A stretch of 64,000 bases of DNA from Minisyncoccota bacterium (GCA_958295675.1 OY282360.1:52133-116132); one strand, 5' to 3'; shown: positions 1 to 10,573, counted from the first letter of the stretch. A program made the numbers and translations. Notes: a model not told the origin generated them from the sequence alone.

Positions 1-1
1 T

Positions 2-124
2 AATACCGTTTCCCCGAATACCACGGTACAGGTATCAGAAGAAGATAAGGAAAAAATTAAATCATTGGTATCAGATCTCACAAATCAAAATGACACACAG
101 GAAGTGTACACCAATGAAGTGTAA
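2..124 (+). CDS. 3' end of an unknown CDS (partial, runs off the window start)
   Basis: Open frame from window edge to TAA at 122-124 (…QEVYTNEV*); no recognisable domain in the 40 aa seen. Confidence 0.3.
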   Translation, partial: NTVSPNTTVQVSEEDKEKIKSLVSDLTNQNDTQEVYTNEV

Positions 125-127
125 TAT

Positions 128-625
128 ATGAAACTTATATCCGTAGATCCGGGATACGGGCGAACAGGGTTCGCGATTCTGTCAGAAAAAGACAGAAAAC
201 CAATTCTTGTACACTCCGAGTGCTTTGAGACCGAAAAAAACACACCATATGAAGAACGGCTCACATTTGTCGGCAGACGACTGGAATACCTAATAAAAAC
301 ATATGGGCCGAACCATATGGCTATTGAAAAACTTTTCTTCGCAAAAAACAAAAAAACAGCGATGCATATCGCCGAGGTGCGCGGCATGTGTATCTATCAG
401 GCAAAGAACTTAAACATAGATATCACGGAATACACACCGAATCAGATAAAAAACGCGGTGACCGGAAACAGCAATGCGAACAAAAAAGATATTATCCGCA
501 TGATACCTCTCCTAATAACAATGAACGGAACGCAAAAAAAGCATGATGACGAATACGATGCGATAGCTGCCGGCATCACCCATCTTGCCGCGGCACGAGG
601 TGTGCATGTTGGCGAAGCGATATAA
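128..625 (+). CDS. ruvC: Crossover junction endodeoxyribonuclease RuvC (Holliday junction resolvase)
   Basis: 165 aa; N-terminal ISVDPGYGRTGFAIL (RuvC catalytic Asp motif); size and charge pattern typical of RuvC; ATG verified at 128. Confidence 0.85.
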   Translation: MKLISVDPGYGRTGFAILSEKDRKPILVHSECFETEKNTPYEERLTFVGRRLEYLIKTYGPNHMAIEKLFFAKNKKTAMHIAEVRGMCIYQAKNLNIDITEYTPNQIKNAVTGNSNANKKDIIRMIPLLITMNGTQKKHDDEYDAIAAGITHLAAARGVHVGEAI

Positions 626-657
626 GAAGGTATGCTGTACATAAGACACACAGATTT

Positions 658-3006
658 ATGATGAAACATAAAAAATACAGGTATGCGAAAGATATAATCC
701 TGCTCGGTGTATCGGGATGTTTTTTACTGATTGGCTGCATCGTTCTTTTCTATGCTCTCACACCGTTGCCGGATGTGGAAATAGAAAATATCGCGACCAA
801 ACAATCAATTGTCCTTGAAGACAGGAACGGTGAATTCCTCTTTGATTTCTCCAAAAATGAGAAAAGGATTTATACACCCCTCGGAGACATATCTGAAAAT
901 ATTATAGACGCGACAATCGCGATAGAAGACCATCTGTTTTTTGAACATAAAGGCATACGAATCGGCGCGTTCTTACGGGCACTGGTGAACAATATACGAA
1001 CCATGTCTTTCAGTCAGGGAGGGTCAACCATAACGCAGCAGGTGATAAAAAATGTTTTTCTTACAACAGAAAAAAACATAGAGAGAAAAATGAAAGAATT
1101 TCTTCTCGCAAAAAAACTTGAAGAACGGCTCGGCAAGGAAGATATCCTGGAATTATATCTCAACACCATACCGTACGGCGGCATAATCTACGGCATCGGT
1201 GAAGCGAGCAATTCATTTTTTGGGAAAAAGCCGAGCGAAATAACCATAGCCGAAGCGGCATATCTTGCGGCAATACCGAACGCACCAACCTATTTCTCAC
1301 CTTACGGATCTCACAAATCTGCACTGGAGGCGAGGAAAAATCTAGTTTTAGCGCGCATGCTTGAGTACGAACTTATCACCAGAAAAGAATACGCCGAAGC
1401 GAGGAAAGAACATGTTTACTTCCAGGAACAGGCCGCGTTTTCAATACAGGCACCACACTTTGTGTTCTTTGTGAAAGAGCATCTCGAGCGGGAGCACGGT
1501 GCAACTCTAAAACCGCTTGAGGGAACAAGAATACGCACCACCATTGATGTGAAACTGCAGAACGACATAGAAAAAATCATCACCGAATTCGGACCAACAT
1601 TTGAAGAGCGATATGGCGGAAAAAATATAGCATCTGTAGTGCTTGCAGCGAAAACTGGTGAGATACTGGCAATGGTCGGATCCAGAAACTTCTTTAACAA
1701 CGAAATTGACGGCAGGGTGAATATCATAACATCGTACAGGCAGCCAGGATCCACCTTCAAACCCATATCATACGCGAAAGCAATGGAAAAAGGTCTCCGT
1801 CCGGAAACGATTGTTTACGATGTTCCGACCCAGTTCAACAGTTCCTGTGATACGGATAAGTTTGAGACAACAAAAACTGACGGATGTTACTCACCGATCA
1901 ACTACACCGGAAAGTTTGCCGGTCCGGTATCGCTTCGTGAAGCACTCGCTCAATCAATTAACATCCCTGCTATCAAGGTACTGTATATAGCAGGAATCAA
2001 TGAAGTTGTAGATTTGGCGGAAGATATGGGAATTAACTCCATAAAAGATAAAAATCGGTTCCACGGCCTCAGTTTGGGGCTTGGCAGCGCGGAAATCACA
2101 CCATTAGAGCTGGCGCAAGCATATAGTGTTTTTGCGAATGACGGGATATTTATACCGTACATGTGGCTTCCAAATCAAGATAGGAATGGAAAAAGAAGAG
2201 TTCTTTCAAAAGATGCCGCACGGGATATCACCAGCATACTCACCGATGACAGCGCACGAGCGCCGCTATTCGGAAGAGGGTCTCCTCTGCACATCACCAA
2301 CCCTCGTGTCGCGGTAAAAACAGGAACGACGAACAACTCGGTGGACCTGTGGGTTGTCGGCTATTCACCCGATCTGGTTGTACTTGTATGGGGAGGGAAT
2401 TCAGACGGAACACCTCTTGAAATCGGAGCATCCGGTCTCGCATTCTCAAAAACATTCAAGAACATTATGCTCACCGCATCAGCAAAGTACGGAAATAAAG
2501 GGGCGTACTTCCCGACAAATACAAACGCATCTCATGGCGGTCCGAACATTCTTTTCGGAAAAATAAACACTGATGATCAGCACAGCATTCTTCACTACAT
2601 CCAAAAAGATGACATCGCGCAGGAACAAGAAAACCCTGAAAATGATGCGCAATATACACATTGGGAGTATGCCGTGCAACATTGGCTACAAAATAACGGT
2701 GAAAAAGAAATACAACAAAATAACAATCAGCAGGAACGCGCGCGCAGTTTCCAAATTCAATCACCGGAGCCGGGATCCGCAATACCGAGAGACCGCACAG
2801 TGACCATCATAACGACACAGGTACTCGCTGAAAACACACAATATGAATTCTATGTGAATGATCGTCTTATTGGCTCATCACATATCCCCCTGTTTGGATT
2901 TAATCCGGCGGTATCATCAGCTGATGAGAATGTGATTATACGGGTTGTCGCAAACAGTCCGATCGGAACATTTGTCGCGGAGGAATCCTATACAATTCAG
3001 AACTAA
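658..3006 (+). CDS. Class A penicillin-binding protein (PBP1A-type transglycosylase/transpeptidase)
   Basis: 782 aa; N-terminal TM anchor; GT51 motifs EDHLFFEHKGI and GGSTITQQ; transpeptidase SxxK (GSTFKP) and KTGTT motifs. Confidence 0.9.
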   Translation: MMKHKKYRYAKDIILLGVSGCFLLIGCIVLFYALTPLPDVEIENIATKQSIVLEDRNGEFLFDFSKNEKRIYTPLGDISENIIDATIAIEDHLFFEHKGIRIGAFLRALVNNIRTMSFSQGGSTITQQVIKNVFLTTEKNIERKMKEFLLAKKLEERLGKEDILELYLNTIPYGGIIYGIGEASNSFFGKKPSEITIAEAAYLAAIPNAPTYFSPYGSHKSALEARKNLVLARMLEYELITRKEYAEARKEHVYFQEQAAFSIQAPHFVFFVKEHLEREHGATLKPLEGTRIRTTIDVKLQNDIEKIITEFGPTFEERYGGKNIASVVLAAKTGEILAMVGSRNFFNNEIDGRVNIITSYRQPGSTFKPISYAKAMEKGLRPETIVYDVPTQFNSSCDTDKFETTKTDGCYSPINYTGKFAGPVSLREALAQSINIPAIKVLYIAGINEVVDLAEDMGINSIKDKNRFHGLSLGLGSAEITPLELAQAYSVFANDGIFIPYMWLPNQDRNGKRRVLSKDAARDITSILTDDSARAPLFGRGSPLHITNPRVAVKTGTTNNSVDLWVVGYSPDLVVLVWGGNSDGTPLEIGASGLAFSKTFKNIMLTASAKYGNKGAYFPTNTNASHGGPNILFGKINTDDQHSILHYIQKDDIAQEQENPENDAQYTHWEYAVQHWLQNNGEKEIQQNNNQQERARSFQIQSPEPGSAIPRDRTVTIITTQVLAENTQYEFYVNDRLIGSSHIPLFGFNPAVSSADENVIIRVVANSPIGTFVAEESYTIQN

Positions 3007-3013
3007 CAGGCAT

Positions 3014-4126
3014 CTATTTTTCAAGCAGCGGCGAAATAATTGTGGTAAGTGTTGTGTCATCAGCACCGCGAATCATAAGCGGTTTTGTTGCATCATTCAC
3101 CACACTGAAAACAATACGGTCGTCAGATATGACTGACAGCGCATCACTGACAAAGCGATAATTAAAGGACGGTAATGTATCAACCTTGCCTCGCATGGTT
3201 GCCGGGACAATATTTCTGGTTGATCCGACTGTTTCATTATCAAAACCAAGGAGAATTGATGACGCATCCTTAATATCAAACGAAAGTTTATTCAATTTAT
3301 CTGAAAATAGACGGGCCTTTTTCAAAAAATTCAAAAAATCACTCCGTAAAACAGTTATTTCAAGATCAAAATTACCCGGTATTATATTCCTATAATCGGG
3401 GAAACTGCCTTTCACGCTGTTCATCTTTATCAGCACATTTTCAGTAACCACAGTTATGGTGCCATCATAAACATACAAACTGACATCAGGGCTTGCAATA
3501 CCCTCTAAAACACGCAATATTTTAAGCACGCTCTTGATGGGAATGATAACAGATATATCATCACTTTGTGTTTCCTCCAGCAAAAACCTTGCTTCGGCAA
3601 GACGAAATGCATCAGTTGAAACAAAGTAAACTGAATCATTTTTTGTGTGTAAATACACACTTGCTATTTCAGGTTTTATCGCGCTTTCTGATGCGGCATG
3701 CTGCACATTCTTAAATCCTTGTACCAGCACCTCTCGTTTGATAACAAAAGATGGTTTTCCATCGGGCTTATCACCTTCAACAACGACATCGTCACCGCTT
3801 AGGATATATATTTCTGAGGTGCTGGTGTTGGTGCGGACAAGAATCTTCTTTTCCTCAAGTTCAATGGTTGTCATTGTATCTACTAACGATCCGACAACGC
3901 CGTCCAGTGCATGTATAGGAATAAAGGCTGTTCCATCCCGAACCTCGTCAACATCAACGGTGTATATAATATTAAAATCAAACTGCTGAGTTTTGAAAGA
4001 AACTTTTTGTGAAGAAACCTGAACAAGAATACCCCCGGATGATGAGCCCGGCACCTCTTTCGCAACAACTCTTGCGAGGGTGTTTGTGATGTTTTTCAAT
4101 ATATCTGTCTGTAGTGTAAATTTCAT
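3014..4126 (-). CDS. dnaN: DNA polymerase III beta sliding clamp
   Basis: 370 aa, immediately downstream of dnaA on the same strand; three-domain clamp length; ATG verified at 4126. Confidence 0.85.
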   Translation of the reverse strand: MKFTLQTDILKNITNTLARVVAKEVPGSSSGGILVQVSSQKVSFKTQQFDFNIIYTVDVDEVRDGTAFIPIHALDGVVGSLVDTMTTIELEEKKILVRTNTSTSEIYILSGDDVVVEGDKPDGKPSFVIKREVLVQGFKNVQHAASESAIKPEIASVYLHTKNDSVYFVSTDAFRLAEARFLLEETQSDDISVIIPIKSVLKILRVLEGIASPDVSLYVYDGTITVVTENVLIKMNSVKGSFPDYRNIIPGNFDLEITVLRSDFLNFLKKARLFSDKLNKLSFDIKDASSILLGFDNETVGSTRNIVPATMRGKVDTLPSFNYRFVSDALSVISDDRIVFSVVNDATKPLMIRGADDTTLTTIISPLLEK

Positions 4127-4358
4127 ATATAAAATATATTATTAGTATTATATATGGGTAAAAGTGTAAAAGCAAAAAATGTAATGAAACAAGCGTGTTT
4201 TTTCAGCAAAAGTTTTATGTACAAATATGTGTGTAATTTTTTGTAATTCATGGAATAAGTCGGTAAAAATATTTTTAATATCATTTTATGTGTACAAGAA
4301 AGACAATTAACAAGTTTTAGAGAAAATTTTAAAACTTTTACACAAAGTTTTCCATGTG
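4127..4358. promoter_or_regulatory. Candidate oriC / DNA unwinding element (extremely AT-rich dnaA-dnaN intergenic region)
   Basis: 232 nt of roughly 80% A+T between dnaA and dnaN; degenerate DnaA-box-like TTTTACACA / TGTGTAA elements; position matches oriC in many bacteria. Confidence 0.4.
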
Positions 4359-5720
4359 TTATATGTCAATTGTTTTCATCAAAGAGTCAAAATCTTTCTG
4401 AACAATGGAATTACTTTGCATCTCTTTCTGTATTTTTTCACATGCGTGCATGACTGTTGTGTGATCTCTGTTTCCGAATTGTTTGCCGATAAAGGAATAC
4501 GAAAGCCCTAAGTGCTCTCTGAAGATGTACATTATCACCTGTCTCGCATGCACCACCTCCCTTTTGCGCAACTTTGTTGAAAGAAGACCTGGTTGTATTT
4601 TATAAAATTCACAGACAATTTCAACAACATGTTCGTACGGTACAGAGGTTTTGGGGCGCACATGATTCCGTATATACTTCTTAACAGTAACAAGATCAAC
4701 CTGTTTTTGAGATGATTCCGCGGTGTGAAGGTGGATGCTTTTCAATGCCCCGCTCACCTCCCGTATATTTTTTGATACCTTTTCCACAACATAATCAATC
4801 GCATCGGGTGTCATATTTAAGCCCATCTTTCCTGCTTTTTCGGTGCAAACAATACGCATATCCTCATATTTTGGCTGTTCAATATCAATAACAACACCGG
4901 AGTTCAGGCGCGTTCTGATGCGGTCTTCCATTTTGTCCAGTTCCGCCGGGGGTTTGTCTGATGAAAGAACTATCTGCGCGTTTTTGTTTACCAGTGCATT
5001 GAACAGGTGAAACAATTCCATGAGAGTTGATTCGCTTTTCTGTAAAAAATGCACATCATCTATGACAAACAGCTGATAACTTCGGTACATATTCCTGAAT
5101 TCCTTCATGCGGTCTTTTTTCAGCGCAGAGATATAGTTTTCCACAAATGTTTCACTGGTTGTGTAATGCACATTTATTGAAGGATTTATTTTTTTTATCT
5201 TGTTGCCGATTGCCTGCAGAAGATGTGTTTTACCGACACCGGTCGGTCCGTATACATAAAACGGGTTGTACATTGTTCCGAATTTTTCTATAATTGTCTG
5301 AGCCGCTGTATATGCGAATCTGTTGTAAGGAGCAATAACAAAATCTTCAAAGGTAAGATCAGGATTAAGATTGGTTTCTTTATCAAAAGTATTCAATTCA
5401 AGCGGGAAACTTTTTATTTTACTCTTCGGTTTCACCGCTTTCTTGATTATCCTTCGTGATATGGTTAATTTTACACTGCGGACATTGGGACTTGCTTTCA
5501 TAACCTCAGAAGCAATGATACTCTGATAGTTTTTTTGTATCCACCCGCGGGTTAATTCATTCGGCACACCCAAAACAAGCACTCGCCCCTCTTCTTCAAA
5601 CCTGAGCGGAAATACACCCGAAAGCCATGTGTTAAAACTGTTCGCTGAAATGTACTCTTTAACAATCTCAGATACTTCAATCCATAGTGTTTGTATATCA
5701 AGGATGCGTGCAACATTCAT
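4359..5720 (-). CDS. dnaA: Chromosomal replication initiator DnaA
   Basis: 453 aa; Walker [20 protein letters not shown] box, C-terminal DnaA-box binding domain ([11 protein letters not shown]); ATG verified at 5720. Confidence 0.95.
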   Translation of the reverse strand: MNVARILDIQTLWIEVSEIVKEYISANSFNTWLSGVFPLRFEEEGRVLVLGVPNELTRGWIQKNYQSIIASEVMKASPNVRSVKLTISRRIIKKAVKPKSKIKSFPLELNTFDKETNLNPDLTFEDFVIAPYNRFAYTAAQTIIEKFGTMYNPFYVYGPTGVGKTHLLQAIGNKIKKINPSINVHYTTSETFVENYISALKKDRMKEFRNMYRSYQLFVIDDVHFLQKSESTLMELFHLFNALVNKNAQIVLSSDKPPAELDKMEDRIRTRLNSGVVIDIEQPKYEDMRIVCTEKAGKMGLNMTPDAIDYVVEKVSKNIREVSGALKSIHLHTAESSQKQVDLVTVKKYIRNHVRPKTSVPYEHVVEIVCEFYKIQPGLLSTKLRKREVVHARQVIMYIFREHLGLSYSFIGKQFGNRDHTTVMHACEKIQKEMQSNSIVQKDFDSLMKTIDI

Positions 5721-5835
5721 ATGCTTGTATTGTTCCCTATCCGACCCATTATGACAATAGTCAAAAAAGCGAGAAAACCGAAAAGACAGAAGAGAGATTT
5801 GTGCATAACTTGTTAATTAGTCGTCAGTATCGCCT

Positions 5836-5864
5836 ATTGCACCGACAGGCAGCTTGCTGTATAC
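5836..5864 (+). promoter_or_regulatory. Sigma70-like promoter upstream of rpmH (TTGCAC-17nt-TATACT)
   Basis: -35 TTGCAC (5836-5841), 17-nt spacer, -10 TATACT (5859-5864), ~27 nt before rpmH ATG. Confidence 0.4.
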
Positions 5865-5890
5865 TCAACAAACATAGAGTGCAAACTATT

Positions 5891-6025
5891 ATGAAAACAA
5901 AAGTGAAGAAAAGAATGCGTAAACACGGATTTTTAGCGCGCAGTAAAACACCCGCCGGTCGGAGGGTGCTTGCTCGGCGTCGAACAAAGGGCAGATCAAG
6001 ATTAGGTGTAAAAGGTCGCGCGTAA
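5891..6025 (+). CDS. rpmH: 50S ribosomal protein L34
   Basis: 44 aa [44 protein letters not shown]; classic L34; true start is the internal ATG at 5891 of the longer track ORF. Confidence 0.9.
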   Translation: MKTKVKKRMRKHGFLARSKTPAGRRVLARRRTKGRSRLGVKGRA

Positions 6026-6033
6026 TACAAACC

Positions 6034-6324
6034 ATGAAAACATCATTGTGCCGAGACGAGGTGGGGCAAATTCTAAAAAAAGGAAAGAGAATTATACGCG
6101 ATGATATGATTATAGTTCATAGCGGCAAAAAGTCCGATGCCTGCAAGTATGCGATTCTCGTATCAAAAAAGAAGGTAAGAACAAGCGCGGAAAGGAATAA
6201 AGTGCGGCGAATCATGAGGGAGGTATTGAGGGAGACACCGCTGCCGTTTTCAAGGTTTGTCATTGTCTGTACTGCTAAGAAATATACAAATAAAAGTGTC
6301 AGGCAATCTTTGCAGAAGCAATAG
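6034..6324 (+). CDS. rnpA: Ribonuclease P protein component
   Basis: 96 aa basic protein directly after rpmH and before yidC (conserved rpmH-rnpA-yidC synteny). Confidence 0.8.
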   Translation: MKTSLCRDEVGQILKKGKRIIRDDMIIVHSGKKSDACKYAILVSKKKVRTSAERNKVRRIMREVLRETPLPFSRFVIVCTAKKYTNKSVRQSLQKQ

Positions 6325-6360
6325 ATAATGCTGTATACTGAATGTCATCATATCTAATCT

Positions 6361-7095
6361 ATGGGATTTTTTTTCACAACCTTTTATCAGCCAATAGCAA
6401 ATGTTCTTTTCTGGGTGATGGATGTGTTCAACAATTATAATCTCGCGTTTGGGATTCTGCTGCTTGTCATTATCGTCAAACTCGTCGTGCTTCCGTTGTC
6501 AGTAAAAAACACCAAGTTTCAAATACGAATGAAAGCCATCACGGACGATTTAAAAAAAATACGGGATACCATAAAAGATAAAAAAGAGCAGGCGGAAAAA
6601 ACGCTTGCTTTGTATAAAAAGGCCGGCATCAATCCTTTTACCCCTTTTCTTCTCCTGATTATACAAATACCGATATTCATCGGCGTTTTCTTTGTCGTTC
6701 GAGATTTGGGACAGGGAGATTTTTCGTACACAGACACACTCTACAGTTCCATTGTCCACCAGCCGATTGATCTGCAGTTTCTCTTTCTCAATCTTGCAGA
6801 TAAAGGCGGGCTTTTTATCGCATTGTTGGTCGGTATAACCCAATACATTTTAATGCATTTTTCTCAAAAACACCTCGGAACAACAGTATCAAAGGCACAA
6901 AAAATTGTTTTTACAGTCATTTTCCCCATCGTTGCGGGACTCATATCGTTTTTCTTTGTGGCTGCCGTCGGTGTTTACTGGTTGTTTATCAACCTTGTTT
7001 CAATACTGCAGGAATGTATTGTGCTGCATACTATACGGCAAAAGGAGAACAGGACACAGGACGACATCCCGGTATCTCCGCCAGATAATGTTTAA
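6361..7095 (+). CDS. yidC: Membrane protein insertase YidC/Oxa1 (short form)
   Basis: 244 aa, multi-TM, conserved position after rnpA. Confidence 0.85.
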   Translation: MGFFFTTFYQPIANVLFWVMDVFNNYNLAFGILLLVIIVKLVVLPLSVKNTKFQIRMKAITDDLKKIRDTIKDKKEQAEKTLALYKKAGINPFTPFLLLIIQIPIFIGVFFVVRDLGQGDFSYTDTLYSSIVHQPIDLQFLFLNLADKGGLFIALLVGITQYILMHFSQKHLGTTVSKAQKIVFTVIFPIVAGLISFFFVAAVGVYWLFINLVSILQECIVLHTIRQKENRTQDDIPVSPPDNV

Positions 7096-7221
7096 AACAG
7101 AGTATTTCCAGTACAAAACGCAACAGATTATTGACAATATAAATAATCACATTATAATAATAAATTGGTTGGCTCTTGACAGGGAGCCATTTCTTTTGCA
7201 CTCCATAAAACAGGAGGAAAG

Positions 7222-7533
7222 ATGATCAAACACGACATAGTCGGCTACCGTACCGAGGGTGGGGATATTGGGGCGGCGCGCCTTCTGGACATTTCTCGCG
7301 GATCAGTCGGAGAAGTCCAGCGGCTTGTCAAGAAATTGCCCGAAAACCGAGTCATCCTCATTATTGGCAATCCGGAGATGTTCGCCGATGTGGCAGCGAC
7401 AAAGGGCTGGCAATTGGGTGTTAGGTGTGACAGCAATAATCCACAGCAGTGGAGGTTTCGGGTTACAAACCACAACACCTTCTCAATATTTGTTGACAGC
7501 AGGTTGGTGACATTGTTCCCCACCGCCTGTTGA
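7222..7533 (+). CDS. Hypothetical protein (GC content visibly higher than neighbours)
   Basis: 103 aa ORF with AGGAGG 7 nt upstream of ATG and a stem-loop/T-run terminator right after the stop; no recognisable domain. Confidence 0.5.
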   Translation: MIKHDIVGYRTEGGDIGAARLLDISRGSVGEVQRLVKKLPENRVILIIGNPEMFADVAATKGWQLGVRCDSNNPQQWRFRVTNHNTFSIFVDSRLVTLFPTAC

Positions 7534-7537
7534 ACGC

Positions 7538-7570
7538 AAAGGACACCCTTTTGGGTGTCCTTATTTTTTT
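7538..7570 (+). terminator. Rho-independent terminator (GGACACCC-tttt-GGGTGTCC + T9)
   Basis: Perfect 8-bp GC-rich stem, 4-nt loop, followed by TTATTTTTTT. Confidence 0.6.
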
Positions 7571-7579
7571 GCACAACAC

Positions 7580-8920
7580 CTATATTTTCAGCATCCACAA
7601 AGAAAGATCAGTTTTGTTCACAAAAAAGAAGAATGCTCCGTCCTCGCTTATTCTCGGATTCACAACATCAAATGTTCTGTTATTTGATAGCCGTTGAATG
7701 TCGCTTTGATTGGGTGCCATAAGAAGTTTTTTCTCGCCGGTAACCGCATTGATCAGTATTATTGAATCGTTCAGTGTAATATCCCCCTGGTACCACGAAT
7801 CAGGAAAATGTGTTTCGTATCCGGATCGTGTTCTCGCCGGAACAGTGTTCGGAACAGCGCAAACGAATATTCCGTTAAAGCCGTCACATTTTTCCGGCAG
7901 AGTCATCGGCATCTTCACCACCTTTTCCCTTGATTGCTCAGTGATAACAGTGCTTCCGACCAATTCTCGTTTATTGGCTCGATACAAAACAAAATAACCG
8001 GACGATGTATCAACAAATGCCGAACCGCCGGACGGCACATTGACTAATTTATTTATCGGTATCTCATCCCTGGGATCAAGAAGGTACACATGACCTTTTG
8101 TGAGGTCGCTTATTGGCGTGGCGAGGGTGATGTACTCATTTCTTCCCCATTGCGGCAGCCAGTTAGTGAAATCTGATTCCCATATTACTTTTGTCTCTTC
8201 AGGGTTGGCAACATTAATCACCATACCGACAGTTTTATCATTAAACGACCTGACAAAGAAAAGATGGTTTGTATTGTTTGTTGCCACGCGGATATTGTTC
8301 TCAAACATTTGAATATTGTCAGATTCGGATGGCGTAAAAGAAACAAATGCTGATTTAATAACTGTTTCATCTTCCGGGTTCTCGTATAGCATCAGTGTTT
8401 TTCCGTTTGAAAATATATGGCTCTCCCGCACCCTGACAAACTCGCCCGGAGAAACGAAATTAAGTGAGTATGGGAATGTTTGAATACGATACCTATCACC
8501 TCTTCCGCCTTCAACAACTCGCACAATCCACCGTCCGTCAGCATTCTTATCAATGCGGTATCCGGCGGTCGGTCCGGCAAACAATCGAACTAATCTCGGC
8601 GCGCTTTCCGGTTCATTTTCCACTCTTTCTTCTTCGTCAGGAATAAAAAACACACGATCATCTCGCGGACCTTGATCATCAATATCGGTCACAGTATTAT
8701 CAGAAGGAAATTGCTGTTCGGGCAGCACTGTTATATTGTCAGCACCGAGCTGTCTTTCCGCTGTTGTTACAGCATCTCCGTTGCTCCGCTCAGTGGTACT
8801 TATATTCGGTTCGTTGTTGAAAATAAGAAAAAAAAGCAGAACAAGAGCAATAACTGACAGTAAAAAAATAATAGCAATCGTGATTTTTTTCCCTGTTAAT
8901 TTCATGCATGCAGTATACAA
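7580..8920 (-). CDS. Secreted/membrane-anchored hypothetical protein (last gene of the T4SS-like operon)
   Basis: 446 aa; N-terminal signal anchor (KKITIAIIFLLSVIALVLLFFLIF); likely start at the MKLTGKK codon (8905); no assignable domain. Confidence 0.6.
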   Translation of the reverse strand: MYTACMKLTGKKITIAIIFLLSVIALVLLFFLIFNNEPNISTTERSNGDAVTTAERQLGADNITVLPEQQFPSDNTVTDIDDQGPRDDRVFFIPDEEERVENEPESAPRLVRLFAGPTAGYRIDKNADGRWIVRVVEGGRGDRYRIQTFPYSLNFVSPGEFVRVRESHIFSNGKTLMLYENPEDETVIKSAFVSFTPSESDNIQMFENNIRVATNNTNHLFFVRSFNDKTVGMVINVANPEETKVIWESDFTNWLPQWGRNEYITLATPISDLTKGHVYLLDPRDEIPINKLVNVPSGGSAFVDTSSGYFVLYRANKRELVGSTVITEQSREKVVKMPMTLPEKCDGFNGIFVCAVPNTVPARTRSGYETHFPDSWYQGDITLNDSIILINAVTGEKKLLMAPNQSDIQRLSNNRTFDVVNPRISEDGAFFFFVNKTDLSLWMLKI

Positions 8921-8932
8921 TAACTATTATAC

Positions 8933-9550
8933 TTAATTACACCACCAGATATGCCAACACCCATCGTCGTCCGGCGGCTCTGCGACATCGTCACCCTTAT
9001 CACCTTTCTGGGTTTGTAAACTGGTTTGTGAGAGTCCAGAAAGGAGTTTTGAATCTAATAGCCTTGGGTTTATAAATTGTAAAATAAGATAGGAAAGCAA
9101 GAGCAAAACAATAGCGATAACAACACCAGTCAGCTTTGTTCGCATATCAAGCACCTTGCCCACATTGCCGCTCAATTTTCCGTAAATCATGCCGGTGCCA
9201 TGTACCGCAAGCATAATAACCGCGATTGTGCCGGCAAATGTGATTAGTATTTTGAGTAGTCCGTTGATTATATCACGCAACGTATCCCCATCCTTCTCAA
9301 CCGCGATTGTCTTCGTTCCGTTTGGTACTAAACCAAAAATATCTGTGACCAGTTTTAATTTTTTAAAACTTTCTTCCCCTCCTGGTAGTGGTATAGCTCT
9401 TATGTTTTCCGTTTCGAGATCTGCTGCTGCTTTTTTAGCATCTATTTCTTCTTCCTCTGCGATAACCGGATGAAACAGAAAGGCGAGAGTAAAAATGCTA
9501 TAAAACAACAGCAAATGTATAGTGTGCTTTTTGATTCTTCCTATTTTCAT
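8933..9550 (-). CDS. Candidate VirB2/TrbC-like pilin (signal peptide + two hydrophobic helices)
   Basis: Signal peptide MKIGRIKKHTIHLLLFYSIFTLAFLFHPVIA, acidic stretch, then two TM helices; placement inside T4SS-like operon; assignment by architecture only. Confidence 0.4.
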   Translation of the reverse strand: MKIGRIKKHTIHLLLFYSIFTLAFLFHPVIAEEEEIDAKKAAADLETENIRAIPLPGGEESFKKLKLVTDIFGLVPNGTKTIAVEKDGDTLRDIINGLLKILITFAGTIAVIMLAVHGTGMIYGKLSGNVGKVLDMRTKLTGVVIAIVLLLLSYLILQFINPRLLDSKLLSGLSQTSLQTQKGDKGDDVAEPPDDDGCWHIWWCN

Positions 9551-10508
9551 TTTCTGCCTGTATTCGCAGGGGTATAGTAACATCCTCCTGCCCATCCGCG
9601 GAAATATCAATTTTTCTACCTTCTTTGAGATGGTTTTGGTTGTTGTTCACAAACCACTTATATTGTATCGCATTTTTTTCAAAATCACCCTTACTGAAAT
9701 AAAACGGGTACACAGAGAAAGTTGCCGGTTTATCGTCGGATAAAGTAACATTTTTTGAGGCAGCGGCATTATCTGAAAGACCATGTAGGAGCGTTGAAGG
9801 ATAAACCAAAACCCTCGGTTCTGTTATAGGGACAAACAACACTCTTTCAAGCAACACATCGTTCCTGTTTATCAGCGTTGCTTCAACTCGCACAAAGACG
9901 GATTCACCAACATGTCGTGCACCCTTCCCGTACACCACACTACTGACCCCCGGTCCGCGGTCTTCAAGAAATTCAGATTTAACTTCCCAGCGAAACGAGA
10001 AATCGTCTTCTGTATATGTTGTGCCGTTTTGATCAATAAAATGTATTTTTGCGGAAATCTTTATCGGGGTTTCCGGGCTGACAAGACGGTGACCCCTATA
10101 CTGCGGTGTGGTCACCGCATCACCCTCCCACAGCAAATCAAAAACAATCGGTCTGACCCATTTTGTAACCTGCAAGGACCGCCTTTGGTCAAATGCGTTA
10201 AAATAAACAATATTCGCGACAATGTGTTTTGGGGAACTGTCAGTCGGCATGTCCAGCTGCAGTTTGTTTGCATATTGTTCCTGCTCATCGCCGTTGATGT
10301 ACCACCGAACCGATCGTATATTTGCCACCGAAGAACCGCCGGATCTGAGAGATGCTGTCACAAAACTGCCGGGAGATGGGTACTCTTCATCCAAAGAAAT
10401 GCTGTATGCGCCATGCTCTCCCTGCTGCGCGAGTGAAACTGTCGCTCCGACAAAAAACAGGAAAAGGAGGGTAATATAGGTAACGCAGGTGATATTTTTT
10501 ACATGCAT
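9498..10508 (-). CDS. Secreted hypothetical protein
   Basis: 336 aa with N-terminal signal peptide (…FFVGATVSLAQQ); part of co-directional operon. Confidence 0.55.
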   Translation of the reverse strand: MHVKNITCVTYITLLFLFFVGATVSLAQQGEHGAYSISLDEEYPSPGSFVTASLRSGGSSVANIRSVRWYINGDEQEQYANKLQLDMPTDSSPKHIVANIVYFNAFDQRRSLQVTKWVRPIVFDLLWEGDAVTTPQYRGHRLVSPETPIKISAKIHFIDQNGTTYTEDDFSFRWEVKSEFLEDRGPGVSSVVYGKGARHVGESVFVRVEATLINRNDVLLERVLFVPITEPRVLVYPSTLLHGLSDNAAASKNVTLSDDKPATFSVYPFYFSKGDFEKNAIQYKWFVNNNQNHLKEGRKIDISADGQEDVTIPLRIQAENENRKNQKAHYTFAVVL

Positions 10509-10573
10509 ACACAGTAGTATACATCACTACAGGGAAGTTACTTGTTTCTTCGTGAATACGGCGATCCTCAACG

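Noticed and set aside
7245-7598. 117-aa minus-strand ORF overlapping the 7222-7533 gene
   Set aside because: Antisense to an ORF that has a strong SD and a terminator; high GC content inflates spurious ORFs.
9912-10436. 174-aa plus-strand ORF inside the secreted-protein gene
   Set aside because: Antisense to an operon-embedded gene with signal peptide; no independent support.
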